Below, one piece after another: positions 1-11,751 of a stretch of 64,000 bases of DNA. Location: positions 24,986,001 through 25,050,000 of the forward strand of contig NC_086108.1 of assembly GCF_963921235.1 (NCBI RefSeq), written 5' to 3'. The translations under genes were made by a program, and so were the position numbers. Source of the DNA: Mobula hypostoma (lineage: Eukaryota). The number at the start of each line of letters is the position of its first letter. Within the stretch, counting starts at the first letter, position 1. The notes under the pieces were generated by a model. It saw only the letters and a program-made list of their open reading frames with translations. It ran no database searches and was not told the DNA's origin.

Positions 1-2432
1 GATACTTAGGGACTATTGTTCTAGTTGTTTTCACTGGAACAGAAATAAAAATCACATTGATTAAAGTTGTGTCTGTGTTCTTTTCAAATGCACTCACTAT
101 ACCTCAACTACTTTCAAATGTCATGGGCAGATAATATCAAGATAAGGATGTCACAAAAAAACACTTATCATGTGTAGGAAAACTGCACTTGTCAACCAGC
201 ACTTTATCACAGAGACAAAACAATTGTTATTTGACTGTAATCAAAATGGCTAGTTTGTACATGTCACCTATGCAAAAGATTATATTTCACCAAATAACTT
301 TACTACAAAACAAGCAAACAATGACCCCCATTTCCAGTCCAACTGGCAAACTTTGCTGACAAGAAAATTGAGGTATTCCATTTACAGGACTCAGTGATTG
401 AGCATCGAATCAAATTGAATACAAAACAAGGCTCTATCACATTGTCTTATACCACTGGCTGGTTTAAATACATGCTATGACTGAGAGGATAGAATCATTA
501 TTTATACTTTGGTCTGTGGACTCACAGAGGTAAGCAGGCTGATAAAACTGATTCTATTTGCAGTGTCTTATCAGAAGTCAAGATGTGATATGCTTAAATT
601 GTTTTAGTACAGTTCTCAATGTGGTATTGGGATGAAGGATGAAATCAGTGCATAACTTAGCACTCCGATGTAGCAACATTTATGGATTCCATTGAGAAGT
701 TTGATGTGGAATCTAGAAAGTGCCGTCAGTGCAGCACATGACAGTCTGATTGACGTTTAGCCTGCAGAACGAATGGTACTTTGCTCCAGCACAAAATATG
801 AATATCCCTAAACACAGAAATATGATTCTGGTACTTGCTGTGGAGGAAGAAATTCTCTGTTCTGTTGGTTCATTCTTCAATGGGCAAAAACACTCATTGA
901 ACAAAAAGAGGTTGGAACATTCTAATCAAGTAAGTCAGAAGCAGATCTGCATTTAAGTTGTACTTTGAGCTCAAATAAAATGTCTAGCCTTTTGTATTTT
1001 AGTGAAGTAACATTTTTCATAAATTAAAAAAGAATGTGTGTCTAATTCACGATGTAATGTTTTATTTTACACTAGCTCTGTGATCAGACTATGACTGTAG
1101 TTATTTCTTCTTGACTGTGAAATCCATGAACTCCTATTAGCACCTGACTGCTCGTGTCTGTTTGGCTGCATAAACACATTACTGCTCTGCTTGCAACAGT
1201 TGTGTTAAGCCAATACCATGCTGTATTGTAATAAGATATTCAGTTTTACCAAGAATGAAACTACATTAAATACAGATTGCGATAAGTGATGAGCAGAGGC
1301 AGATTAAATCTGCTCCCTTTAGGAAACAGTGCACAAGCAGTGGATGAGGACAAACAAGCGTCTGGATTTTATGGTTGTAATGGCAGTGAAAATATAGGTT
1401 GTAGTTAACTTCCTTGGGATGCAGATTTGGATGTGTAATTCATCACCTATGAATAGAGAATTCTTGTGGGAGAATAATATGCAGCAAAATCAAATATTGC
1501 CAGAGGAGGGATAAAACATTCAAGAATTAATTAAGCCTTTACTGATTCAGCAATACACAGACTTATTTGTTTTTAATTTACCAAAACCAGAAAATACACT
1601 TTCTTCTTCTAATTGCTGTATGCAAATTTTCAGTGCTAATAAAACATAAAAAAGTAAGGAACAGAAGTAGTACAAAGAGAAGTACTTTTATCTTTTTTAT
1701 GCTTGCTCATCTATTTGGCTGTAAACTTTTAGTAGCTGCTACTATATACAGCTGTTTAAGCTTGTTAAGTTTATTTTGATAGGCTCAGGGATTCCATGAT
1801 ACTTGTATTATTTAAGCAGATGCCCAATTAGTGCCAATTGCAGGTTCCTAGTTTTGAGAATGTTACTTCTTGCAGTGTTGCTTGGCCAAGCCACCAATAT
1901 TCTTTGGTATTATTATGAATAAACTCCAGTTGCGTCTCTAGATTGGAGTCTGTCTTTCCTCCTCACTTGCGTTCCAATATTGCCAGTGCGCACCGTGACA
2001 CATTGGCTCAGTAACCAGAAAAGATGACAGCCAGGACTACTGTATCTAATAACTATGCACAGATCTTTCTTGGAAATACTTGCCGACAAAATGACATTGA
2101 GGTTACTGACTAAAATCCCTGCCAATCTGCATTATTTTCAATGATTGCTGAAATTTACTATGAGCAAGGTAAATGTCAAGCAAGTACTTACTGAGATCAA
2201 ACATTTTTTTTAAATTTTGTTTATCTAGAAGTTCAGTTGTGGTGGGTAGGACTAAATCTGTTAATTGATAATGGTCAAATGTTGTATGCTGCCTCTAAAA
2301 TTTATGGTTGTTAGAGGCAGATTATAATGGACCGCCTCTATTTGCGCTGCTAAACAGGAGTAAATAACTAGACGTAAATACTTCATCACAGCATCACATG
2401 ATAAAAGTTCTAAATGGACTTACACCAAATCC

Positions 2433-2529
2433 CTGACGAAGGGTCTCGGCCCAAAACGTTGACTGTATATCTTCCTATAGATGCTGCCTGGCCTGCTGCA
2501 TTCCACCAGCATTTTGTGTGTGTTGGTTG
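2433..2529 (+). mobile_element. Penelope-like element terminal (pLTR) fragment starting at a hammerhead core
   Basis: CTGACGA-agggtctcggccc-aAAAC-GTT-gactg...ccagcattttgtgtgtgttg matches the PLE ends at 32784-32878. Near-perfect flanking duplication accaaatccct (2424-2434) / accaagtccct (2530-2540). Confidence 0.85.
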
Positions 2530-2687
2530 ACCAAGTCCCTTATCTGGTTTACACAAGGTCCACCAAGATGCCAATACTTTCGTTTAATATTGGTCATAAA
2601 CATCTATGTATTCAGGAGATCGTCTACTAGCCTAACACTGCGTCATTAGTAGTTTGCAGAGGTGCAGCACAAGGACCAGGAATCATA

Positions 2688-2939
2688 CATTGGCATAGAG
2701 ATTCACAACATTGGCATAGAGATTCGCAACATTGGCATAGAGATTCACAGCATTGGCACAGAGATTCACAACATTGGCATAGAGATTTGCCACATTGGCA
2801 TAGAGATTCGCAACATTGGCATAGAGATTTGCAATATTGGCATAGAGCTTCACAATATTGGCACAGAGATTCATAACATTGGCATAGAGATTCGCAACAT
2901 TGGCATAGAGATTCGCAACATTGGCATAGAGATTCACAA
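2688..2939. repeat. Minisatellite, 12 x 21 bp (cattggcatagagattc[g/a]caa)
   Basis: Twelve head-to-tail units with no spacers; the three overlapping repetitive ORFs are a consequence of the 21-nt period. Confidence 0.97.
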
Positions 2940-3097
2940 CTTTGCTGTGCTGCACCCAGTGTCTGAGAAATTTGCTTTGTTTTATGCAAAACTCAATTCA
3001 CCTATTCTCCACTGCCATTATAAACATGAAATGAAAACTTTACCTCCTAAGTTAATTTCCAAAACATCTGCATTCAACATATGTATCTTGCTACCAT

Positions 3098-3325
3098 AAT
3101 AACAGGGATTAGTTCTCCTCATCCTTGCGTACATCCCCACAAGTATTTAGCACATTGTTCTCTGTAATTTCTGCCATCCCCAATAGGATCCCACCACTAA
3201 GCACATCTTTCCCTCCACCATTCCTTTTCCCCACACCTGCTTTCTGAAGGAACCACTCTCTGTGACTCCCTTGTCCACTTGTCCTTCTCCACTGATCTCC
3301 TTCCCGCCACTAATTCCTGCAAGTA
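3098..3325 (+). mobile_element. Decayed Penelope-like element internal fragment
   Basis: aacagggattagttctcctcatcctt...aggatcccaccactaagcacatctttccctcc resembles the reverse complement of PLE 12560-12760. Confidence 0.7.
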
Positions 3326-3860
3326 AACTAGAGTTGCAGGGGGATGGGAACCAAAGTGTCAGAACAGTTCGTGGAGAGGTTGTGGAGACAGATGTCAGTA
3401 AGACCTCAAAGTTAGGAACCAAATGATTAAGCATGGTGTGACTAGTGTCCTCAGCTGCCTATATTTCAATGCAAGAAGTATAGTAGGAAAGACAGATAAT
3501 AGTGCCGGAGTTGAGGTAGCTGGTTTACAAACAGAGGCAATGTGCAGTGAGAAGAGGCAGTTGATAGGGAAAAATTGCACTTAGCCAGATGAGTAGCAAC
3601 ATAAAAGGCAGTCAAAATCGAAAAAGGTGAATACAGGGCTGAAGCTGTTGAACTTGAATGCGTGCAGTAAACAGAATAAGGCAGATGAACTTGCAGCATA
3701 GTTGCAGTTAGGCAGGTATGAAATGGTAGGCAGCATTGAATCATGGCTGAAAGAAAGAACTTAATGTCCAAGGATACACATTGTATTGAAAGGACAGGCA
3801 GAAATGCGGGGGTTGGGGGGGGGGAGGAGGAAACGGTGTTGCTTTGTTGCTAAAAAAATG

Positions 3861-4347
3861 CCATAGAGGGAGTACAAAGAAGGTTCACCAGATTGATTCC
3901 TGGGATGGCAGGACTTTCATATGAAGAAAGATTGGATGAACTGGGCTTGTACTCGTTGGAATTTAGAAGATTGAGGGGGGATCTGATTGAAACGTATAAG
4001 ATCCTAAAGGGATTGGACATGCTAGATGCAGGAAGATTGTTCCCAATGTTGGGGAAGTCCAGAATGAGGGGTCACAGTTTGAGGATAGAGGGGAAGCCTT
4101 TTAGGACCGAGATTAGGAAAAACTTCTTCACACAGAGAGTGGTGAATCTGTGGAATTCTCTGCCACAGGAAACAGTTGAGGCCAGTTCATTGGCTATATT
4201 TAAGAGGGAGTTAGATATGGCCCTTGTGGCTACGGGGTTCAGGGAGTATGGAGGGAAGGCTGGGGTGGGGTTCTGAGTTGGATGATCAGCCATGATCATA
4301 ATAAATGGCGGTACTCCTGCACCTATTTTCTATGTTTCTATGTTTCT
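3861..4347 (+). mobile_element. 5'-truncated CR1 LINE (3' end)
   Basis: ORF 3893-4276 has the CR1 ORF2 C-terminus (LSYEERL..LGLYSLEFRRLRGDLIE, FFTQRVVNLWNSLP); 3' UTR and (TTTCTATG)n tail follow. Confidence 0.92.
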
Positions 4348-5116
4348 AAATCATTAGAAAGAGGTAACATAGGATCGGAGGGTGCTGAATCGTTGTGGAG
4401 AGAGCTAAGGAACTGCAAGGCCAAAATGACCCTGATGAGAGTTGTAATCAGACCCCCAAATAGTAGCAAGGATGTGGCCTACAAATTACAATGGGAGATA
4501 GAAACTGCATTGCAAAAGGGCAATGTTGCAATAGTCAACGGGAACTTCAATGTGCAGGTAGATTGGGAAAATCAGGATGATGATAGATTCCAGGAGCAAG
4601 AATTTCGAGAGTGCCTACGAGATGGATTTTTAGAGCAGCTCGTGGTTGAGCCTACTATGAGATCAGCTATTCTGGATTCTGGATTCTCCTTTGGATCAGG
4701 ACTACAGAGCGTTGTGGGAGCTGAATTGTGAAGGAAGGCGGTTTTTTTTAAAAACTTCTTCGAGTGCAAGAAGGGCGAGACTGCACAGGCGCGTGACGTC
4801 AGCAGGACCGCGCGGAGAGTTTAAAAAGGCGACCACCCTATACAGCTGGCAGCTGTTGGAGCGGGTAGCGGAGTGACCGGTAGCAGAGTGTAGGGCTTCG
4901 GCTTGAATGGGCTTCGGTGGTAAACGGCAAGAGGCGAGAGCGAAGCGCCAACTCTTTTTTCTCTCCCGCCCCCCCCCACCCCTTTCGCAAATCGGCCCGG
5001 ACAGACAGGAACAGCAGGGCTCTCACAGCTAGTGGTTTAAAAAGTTTGTCTGTTTGGCAAGGTAAGTGGGTGAGTAGACTTATTTTTCCTGTTTCATTCG
5101 TGTAGAATTAGGTAGC

Positions 5117-6052
5117 ATGCCTGCAGGGTTAGTGCTTTGTTCAGGGTGTCAGATGTGGGAATCCTGGGAGACCTCCAGCCTCTCTGATAGCCACATCTGC
5201 GCCAGATGCACTGAGGTGCAGCTCCTCAGAGACCGTGTTAGGGATCTGGAGCTGCAGCTTGATGACCTACTGCTTATTAGGGAAAGTGAAGAGGTGATAG
5301 ACAGAAGCTACAGGGAGGTAGTCATCCCTAGGCTACAGGGGTCAGAAAACTGGGTCACTGTCAAGAGAGGGAAGGGAAATGCCCAGATAGTGGAGAGCAC
5401 ACCTGTGGCTGTCCCCCTCAGCAACAAATATCTTGTTCTGGATGCTGTTGAGGGGGATGACCTGATGGGGGACGCCCACGGTGACCGGGTCTCTGGCACT
5501 GAGCCTGGCACTGATGTGCAGGAGAGAAGGAGGGTGAAGAGAAATGTGGTAGTCGTAGGGGATTCCATAGTCAGGGGAACAGACAGGAGATTCTGTGAGC
5601 CTGACAGAGATACCCGCATGGTGTGTTGCCTCCCAGGTGCCAGGGTACGGGATGTCTCGGATCGGGTCCTGAATATTCTGAAGGGGGAGGGTGAGCAGCC
5701 AGTTGTCTTGGTACATGTTGGTACCAATGACATAGATAGGACAAAGGAGGAGGTCCTGAAGAGAGATTTCCAGGAGTTAGGAAGGAAGCTGAGAAGCAGA
5801 ACCTCCAGGGTAGTAATCTCGGGATTGCTACCTGTGCCACGTGCTAGCGAGGGCAAGAGTAGTCGGATCAGGCAGATGAATGCCTGGCTGAGAGACTGGT
5901 GTAGGGGGCAGGGCTTCAGATTCTTGGATAATTGGGATCTCTTCTGGGGGAAGTATGACCTGTTCAAAAAGGACAGGTTACACCTGAACCTGAAGGGGAC
6001 CAATATCCTGGCAGGAAAGTTTAATAGAGCTGTTAGGGAGGGTTTAAACTAA
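5117..6052 (+). CDS. CR1 ORF1p: N-terminal Cys zinc finger/leucine zipper plus SGNH/GDSL esterase-like domain, intact 311 aa
   Basis: ATG start; CSGC...CARC followed by LRDRVRDLELQLDDL heptads; VVVVGDSIVR, HVGTND and DRLHLN SGNH blocks, as in CR1 ORF1. Confidence 0.93.
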   Translation: MPAGLVLCSGCQMWESWETSSLSDSHICARCTEVQLLRDRVRDLELQLDDLLLIRESEEVIDRSYREVVIPRLQGSENWVTVKRGKGNAQIVESTPVAVPLSNKYLVLDAVEGDDLMGDAHGDRVSGTEPGTDVQERRRVKRNVVVVGDSIVRGTDRRFCEPDRDTRMVCCLPGARVRDVSDRVLNILKGEGEQPVVLVHVGTNDIDRTKEEVLKRDFQELGRKLRSRTSRVVISGLLPVPRASEGKSSRIRQMNAWLRDWCRGQGFRFLDNWDLFWGKYDLFKKDRLHLNLKGTNILAGKFNRAVREGLN

Positions 6053-9025
6053 TTTGGCAGGGGGATGGGAACCGGAATGATAGAGCGGAGGAAGGGGAAA
6101 ACAGAAATAAATCTAAGATAGTGAGCAGTAAAGATGTCAGGAAAGACAGGCAGGTGATGGGGCAAATGTGTAGCCATTGGGATGAGTTGCCGTGCAATAA
6201 AGTTGCAGTGAAATCAAAGCAAAAAGTATCAAATACTGGTCTTAAGGTGTTGTACTTAAATGCACGCAGCATAAGAAATAAGGTGGATGATCTTGTTGTA
6301 CAGCTACAGATTGGCAGATATGATATTGTGGCCATCACTGAGACCTGGCTAAAGGATGCATGTCTCTGGGAACTGAACGTCCAAGGATACACGGTGTATC
6401 GGAAGGATAGGAAGGTAGGCAGAGGGGGAGGTGTGGCTTTATTGGTCAGAAATGATATTAAATCATTAGAAAGAGGTGATATAGGATCGGAAGGTGCAGA
6501 ATCTTTATGGGTTGAGCTAAGGAATAGCAGGGGTAAAAGGACCCTGATGGCAGTTATTTATAGGCCTCCAAAGAGCTGCAGGGATGTGGACTACAAATTA
6601 CAACTGGAAATAAAAAAGGCTTGTCAGAAGGGCAGTGTTATGATAATTGTGGGGGATTTTAACACGCGAGTAGATTGGAAAAATCAGGTTGGCACTGGAT
6701 CTCAAGAGAGAGAATTTGTAGAATGTCTGCGAGATGGCTTTTTAGAACAGCTTGTTGTTGAGCCCACTAGGGGATCGGCTGTACTGGATTGGGTATTGTG
6801 TAATGAACCGGAGGTGATTGGAGAGATTGAGGTGAAGGAACCCTTAGGAGGCAGTGATCATAACATGATTGAGTTCACTGTGAAATTAGAAAAAGAGAAG
6901 CCGAAATCTGATATGTCGGTGTTTCAGTGGAGTAAAGGAAACTACAGTGGCATGAGAGAGGAACTGGCCAAAGTTGACTGGAAAGAGACACTGGCGGGAA
7001 AGACGGCAGAGCAGCAGTGGCTGGAGTTTATGCGAGAAATGAGGAATGTGCAAGACAGGTATATTCCAAAAAAGAAGAAATTTTCGAGTGGAAAAAGGAT
7101 GCAACCGTGGTTGACAAGAGAAGTCAAAGCCAAAGTTAAAGCAAAGGAGAGCGCATACAAGGAAGCAAAAATTAGTGGGAAGACAGAGGATTGGGAAGTC
7201 TTTAAAATCTTACAAAAGGAAACCAAGAAGGTCATTAAGAGAGAAAAGATTAACTATGAAAGGAAACTAGCAAATAATATCAAAGAGGATACTAAAAGCT
7301 TTTTCAAGTATATAAAGAGTAAAAGACAGGTGAGAGTAGATATAGGACCGATAGAAAATGGTACTGGAGAAATTGTAATGGGAGATGAGGAGATGGCAGA
7401 GGAAGTGAACAAGTATTTTGCATCAGTCTTCACTGAGGAAGACAGCAGGATACCGGACACTCAAGGGTGGCAGGGAAGAGAAGTGTGCGCAGTCACAATT
7501 ACGACAGAGAAAGTACTCAGGAAGCTGAATAGGCTAAAGGTCGATAAATTTCCTGGACCAGATGGAATGTTCTGAAGGAAGTAGCTGTGGAGATTGCGGA
7601 GGCATTAGCGATGATCTTTCAAAAGTCGATAGATTCTGGCATGGTTCCGGAAGACTGGAAGATTGCAAATGTCACTCCGCTATTTAAGAAGGGGGCAAGG
7701 AAGCAAAAAGGAAATTATAGACCTGTTAGCTTGACGTCGGTGGTTGGGAAGTTGTTGGAGTCGATTCTCAAGGATGAGGTTACAGAGTACCTGGAGGCAT
7801 ATGACAAGATAGGCAGAACTCAGCATGGATTCCTTAAAGGAAAATCCTGCCTGACAAACCTATTACAATTTTTTGAGGAAATTACCAGTAGGCTAGACAA
7901 GGGAGATGTTGTGGATGTTGTATATTTGGATTTTCAGAAGGCCTTTGACAAGGTGCCACACATGAGGCTGCTTAACAAGATAAGAGCCCATGGAATTACA
8001 GGAAAGTTACATACGTGGATAGAGCGTTGGCTGATTGGCAGGAAACATAGAGCGGGAATAAAGGGATCCTATTCTGGTTGGCTGCCGGTTACCAATGGTG
8101 TTCCACAGGGATCAGTGTTGGGGCCGCTTCTTTTTACATTGTACATCAACGATTTGGATTATGGAATAGATGGCTTTGTGGCTAAGTTTGCTGATGATAC
8201 AAAGATAGGTGGAGGGGCCGGTAGTGCTGAGGAAACGGAGAGTCTGCAGAGAGACTTGGATAGATTGGAAGAATGGGCAGAGAAGTGGCAAATGAAGTAC
8301 AATGTTGGAAAGTGTATGGTTACGCACTTTGGCAGGAAAAATAAATGGCAGAGTATTATTTAAATGGGGAGAGAATTCAAAGTTCTGAGATGCAACGGGA
8401 CTTGGGAGTCCTCATACAGGATTCCCATAAAGTTAACCTTCAGGTTGAGTCGGTAGTGAAGAAGACGAATGCAATGTTGGCATTCATTTCTAGAGGAATA
8501 GAGTATAGGAGCAGGGATGTGATGTTGAGGCTCTATAAGGCACTGGTGAGACCTCACTTAGAGTACTGTGGGCAGTTTTGGTCTCCTTATTTAAGAAAGG
8601 ATGTGCTGACGTTGGAGAGGGTACAGAGAAGATTCACTAGAATGATTCCGGGAATGAGAGGGTTAACATATGAAGAACGTTTGTCCGCTCTTGGACTGTA
8701 TTCCTTGGAGTTTAGAAGAATGAGGGGAGACCTCATAGAAACATATCGAATGTTAAAAGGCATGGACAGAGTGGATGTGGCAAAGTTGTTTCCCATGATG
8801 GGGGAGTCTAGTACGAGAGGGCATGACTTCAGGATTGAAGAGTGCCCTTTCAGAACAGAAATGCGAAAAATTTTTTTTAGTCAGAGGGTGGTGAATCCAT
8901 GGAATTTGTTGCCACGGGCAGCAGTGGAGGCCAAGTCATTGGGTGTATTTAAGGCAGAGATTGACAGGTATCTGAGTAGCCAGGGCATCAAAGGTTATGG
9001 TGAGAAGGCAGGGCAGTGGGACTAA
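6037..9025 (+). pseudogene. CR1 ORF2 (APE endonuclease + reverse transcriptase) with two frameshifts
   Basis: YLNARSI, ITETWL, YRPP, GDFN, SDH (EN); NYRPVSLTS, LDFQKAFDKV, GVPQGSVLGP, FADD (RT). Lesions: ~10-bp deletion near 7569 (PDGM[HPRV]LKE) and a 1-nt frameshift near 8345. Confidence 0.93.
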
Positions 9026-9461
9026 ATAGGATAAAATGGATCAGCTCATGATAAAATGGCAGAGCAGACTTGATGGGCCGAATGGCCTACTTCTGCTCCT
9101 TTGTCTTATGGTCTTATGGGTGTTGTGTAATGAACCAGAACTGATTACAGAGCTTAAAGTAAAAAAAACCCTTATGGAAATTGATCATAATATGATCGAA
9201 TTCACCCTGAAATTTGAGAAGGAGAAGCTAAAGTCAGATGTACCAGTATTACAGTGGGGTAAAGGGAATTACAGAGGCATGAAAGAGCAGTTGGCCAGAA
9301 TCAATTGGAAAATAACATACACGGGGATGACGGTAGAGCAACAATGGCTAGAATTTCCGGAAGCAATTCAGATGACACAGGATAGATACATCCCAAAGAG
9401 GAAGAAGTATTCTAAAGGAAAGATGACACAACCATGGCTAACAAGAGAAGTCAAAACCAAA

Positions 9462-10217
9462 ATCCTTGGCAAATGGTAGGGCATTGAAGAATGCAGTAGA
9501 ACAGAGGGATCTAGGAATAATGGTGCCTAGTTCCCTGAAGGTGGAATCTCATGTGGATAGGGTGGTGAAGAAAGCTTTTGGTATGTTGACCTTTATAAAT
9601 CAGAGCATTGAGTATAGGAATTGGGATGTAATGTTGAAATTGTACAAGGCATTGGTAAGGCCAAATTTGGAGTATTGTGTACAGTTCTGGTCACCGAATT
9701 ATAGGAAAGATGTCAACAAAATAGAGAGAGTACAGAGAAGATTTACTAGAACGTTACCTGGGTTTCATCACCTAAGTTACAGAGAAAGGTTGAACAAGTT
9801 GAGTCTTTATTCCTTGGAGCATAGAAGGTTAAGGGGGGACTTGATAGAGGTATTTTAAATTATGAGGGAGATTGATGGAGTTGATGTGGATAGGTTTTTT
9901 TCCATTGAGAGTGGGGGAGATTCAAACAAGAGGACATGAGTTGAGACTTAAAGGGCAAAAGTTTAGGGGTAACATGAGGGGGAACTTCTTTACTCAGAGA
10001 GTGGTAGCTGTGTGGAATGAACTTCCAGCAGAAGTGGTTGAGGCAGGTTCTATGTTGTCATTTAAAGTTAAATTGGATAGATATATGGACATGAAAGGAA
10101 TGGAGGGTTATGGGCTGAGTGCAGGTCAGTGGGACTAGGTGAGAGTAAGAGTTCGGCACGGACTAGAAGGGCCGAGATGGCCTGTTTCTGTGCTGTAATT
10201 GTTATATGGTTATAATA
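9462..10217 (+). mobile_element. 5'-truncated CR1 LINE (3' end)
   Basis: ORFs 9466-9858 and 9872-10138 are the CR1 ORF2 C-terminus (LYKALVRPNLEYCVQFWSP); tail ttgttatatggttata. Confidence 0.9.
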
Positions 10218-11426
10218 TAAAAGGCAAGGAGATGGCAGAAAATAGAGGAAAAATTAATGAGAAGTTAAAGGTTTGGGAAGCTTCTAAAAGCCAACAGAAG
10301 ACAACTAAAAAAATCATTTAGGTTCAGATGGAATATGAAAGTAAGCTAGCCAATAATATTAATGAGAATACCAAAAGTTTCTTCAGATATATAAAGTGTA
10401 AAAGAGAGGCGAGAGTAGATATCAGACTGCTGGAAAACAATGCTGTAAAGATAGCAATGGGGGATGATGAAATGGGATTCAAACTGAACAAGTATCTTAA
10501 GTCAAGCTTCACTGTGGAAGACACTAGCAATATGGTAGATCCAGGTGTCAGGAGTCATGAAGTGTGTGAAGTTACAGAACGAGAGAGATGGTTCTTGGGA
10601 AACTGAAAGGTCTGAAGGTAGATAAGTCACCTGGACAAGATGGTGTACATCCCAAGGTTCTGAATGAGGTAGCCGAAGAGATTATGGAGGCATCAGTAAT
10701 GATCTTTCAAGAATTACTGGATTCTGAAATGGTTTCAGATGACTGGAAAATTGCACATATTACTCCACTCTGCAAGAGGGAGAGGCAGAAAAAAGGAAAC
10801 TATAGGCCAGTTAGTCTGACCTCAGTGGTTGGGAAGGTGTTGCAGTTGATTATTAAGGATGAAGTCTCAGGGTACTTGGAGACACATGATATAATAGGCC
10901 ATAGAGAGCATGGCTTCTTCAAGGGAAAATATTTCCTGACAAATCTGTTGGATTTTTTTGCAGAAATTACAAGCAGGATTGACAAAGAAGAATCAGTTGA
11001 TGTTGTACACTTGGATTTTCAGAAGGTCTGTGACAAGATGCCACATGAGGCTGCTTAGACAACAAGACTATATGACACAGTTGCAGAATTAGGCATTTCA
11101 GCCCATCGACTCTTCTCTGACATTCCAGCATGGCTGATCCTGGTTGCCATTCAACCCCATACACCTGCCTTCTCGCCATATCCTTTGATGCCCTGACCGA
11201 TCAGGAAACTTATCAACTTCCACCTTAAATATACCCACGGACTTGGCCTCCACTGCGAACTGTGGCAGTGCATTCCACAGATTTACTACTCTCCGGCTAA
11301 AATAAATTCCTCCTTACTTCTGTTCTAAAGGGTCACCCCTAAATTTTGAGGCTGTGCCCTCTATTCCTGGATACCCTCACCATAGTAAACATCTTCTCCA
11401 TATCCATCCTATCTAATCCTTTCAAC

Positions 11427-11648
11427 CACAAACAAGAGAAAATCTGCAGACACTGGAAATCTGAGCAACACACACAAAATTCTGGAGGAACTCATCAGGC
11501 TGGATAGCATCGAGGAAAATTCGATGTTTCTGGCAAAAACCCTTCAGCAGGACAACCCCAAAGGATTTTGACCCAAAGCGTCAACTGTGCTCTTTTCCAA
11601 GAAGCTGCCTGACCTGTTGAGTTGCTCCAGCATTTTGTGTGTGTTAAG
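11427..11648. mobile_element. PLE-derived fold-back mini-element (~220 bp)
   Basis: Two inverted pLTR ends joined near decayed hammerhead cores; flanking duplication cctttcaac at 11418-11426 and 11649-11657. Confidence 0.8.
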
Positions 11649-11751
11649 CCTTTCAACATTGGGTAGGTTTTGATGAGATCCCCCTCACATTCTTCTAAAT
11701 TCTAGAGAGTACAGGTCCAAAGCTGCCAAACGCTCCTCATATGTTAAACAC

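Larger units (their letters stand above)
4690..9118 (+). mobile_element. Near-full-length young CR1 LINE (5' UTR, ORF1, ORF2, 3' UTR, GTCTTATG tail)
   Basis: GC/CpG-rich 5' UTR ~4690-5116, esterase-type ORF1, APE+RT ORF2, tail ttgtcttatggtcttatgg. It interrupts the host CR1 at ctggatt|gggtgttgtg. 5' boundary approximate. Confidence 0.95.
3326..11057 (+). mobile_element. Older host CR1 LINE split into four pieces (~3326-3860, 4348-4685, 9119-9461, 10218-11057) by younger CR1 insertions
   Basis: The pieces rejoin into collinear ORF2: EN start, SLERGNIGSEGAESLW..., VEPT..SAILD|VLCNEPE, QPWLTREVK, KSPGQDGVHPKVL, NYRPVSLTSVVGK, LDFQK. Confidence 0.85.

Noticed and set aside
2688..2939. CRISPR array
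   Set aside because: Units are contiguous with no unique spacers, no cas genes are present, and the context is eukaryotic.
2627..3099. Keratin-associated, metallothionein-like or coiled-coil protein genes from the three repeat ORFs
   Set aside because: Open frames follow from the 21-nt period, starts are non-ATG, and variation is dominated by CpG decay.
5308..6003. 231-aa minus-strand ORF
   Set aside because: Antisense shadow of CR1 ORF1 with no recognisable motifs.
5117..9025. Prokaryotic retron, DGR or RT-defence system, or a host lipase gene
   Set aside because: Esterase ORF1 plus APE-RT ORF2 and an 8-mer tail are standard CR1 architecture.
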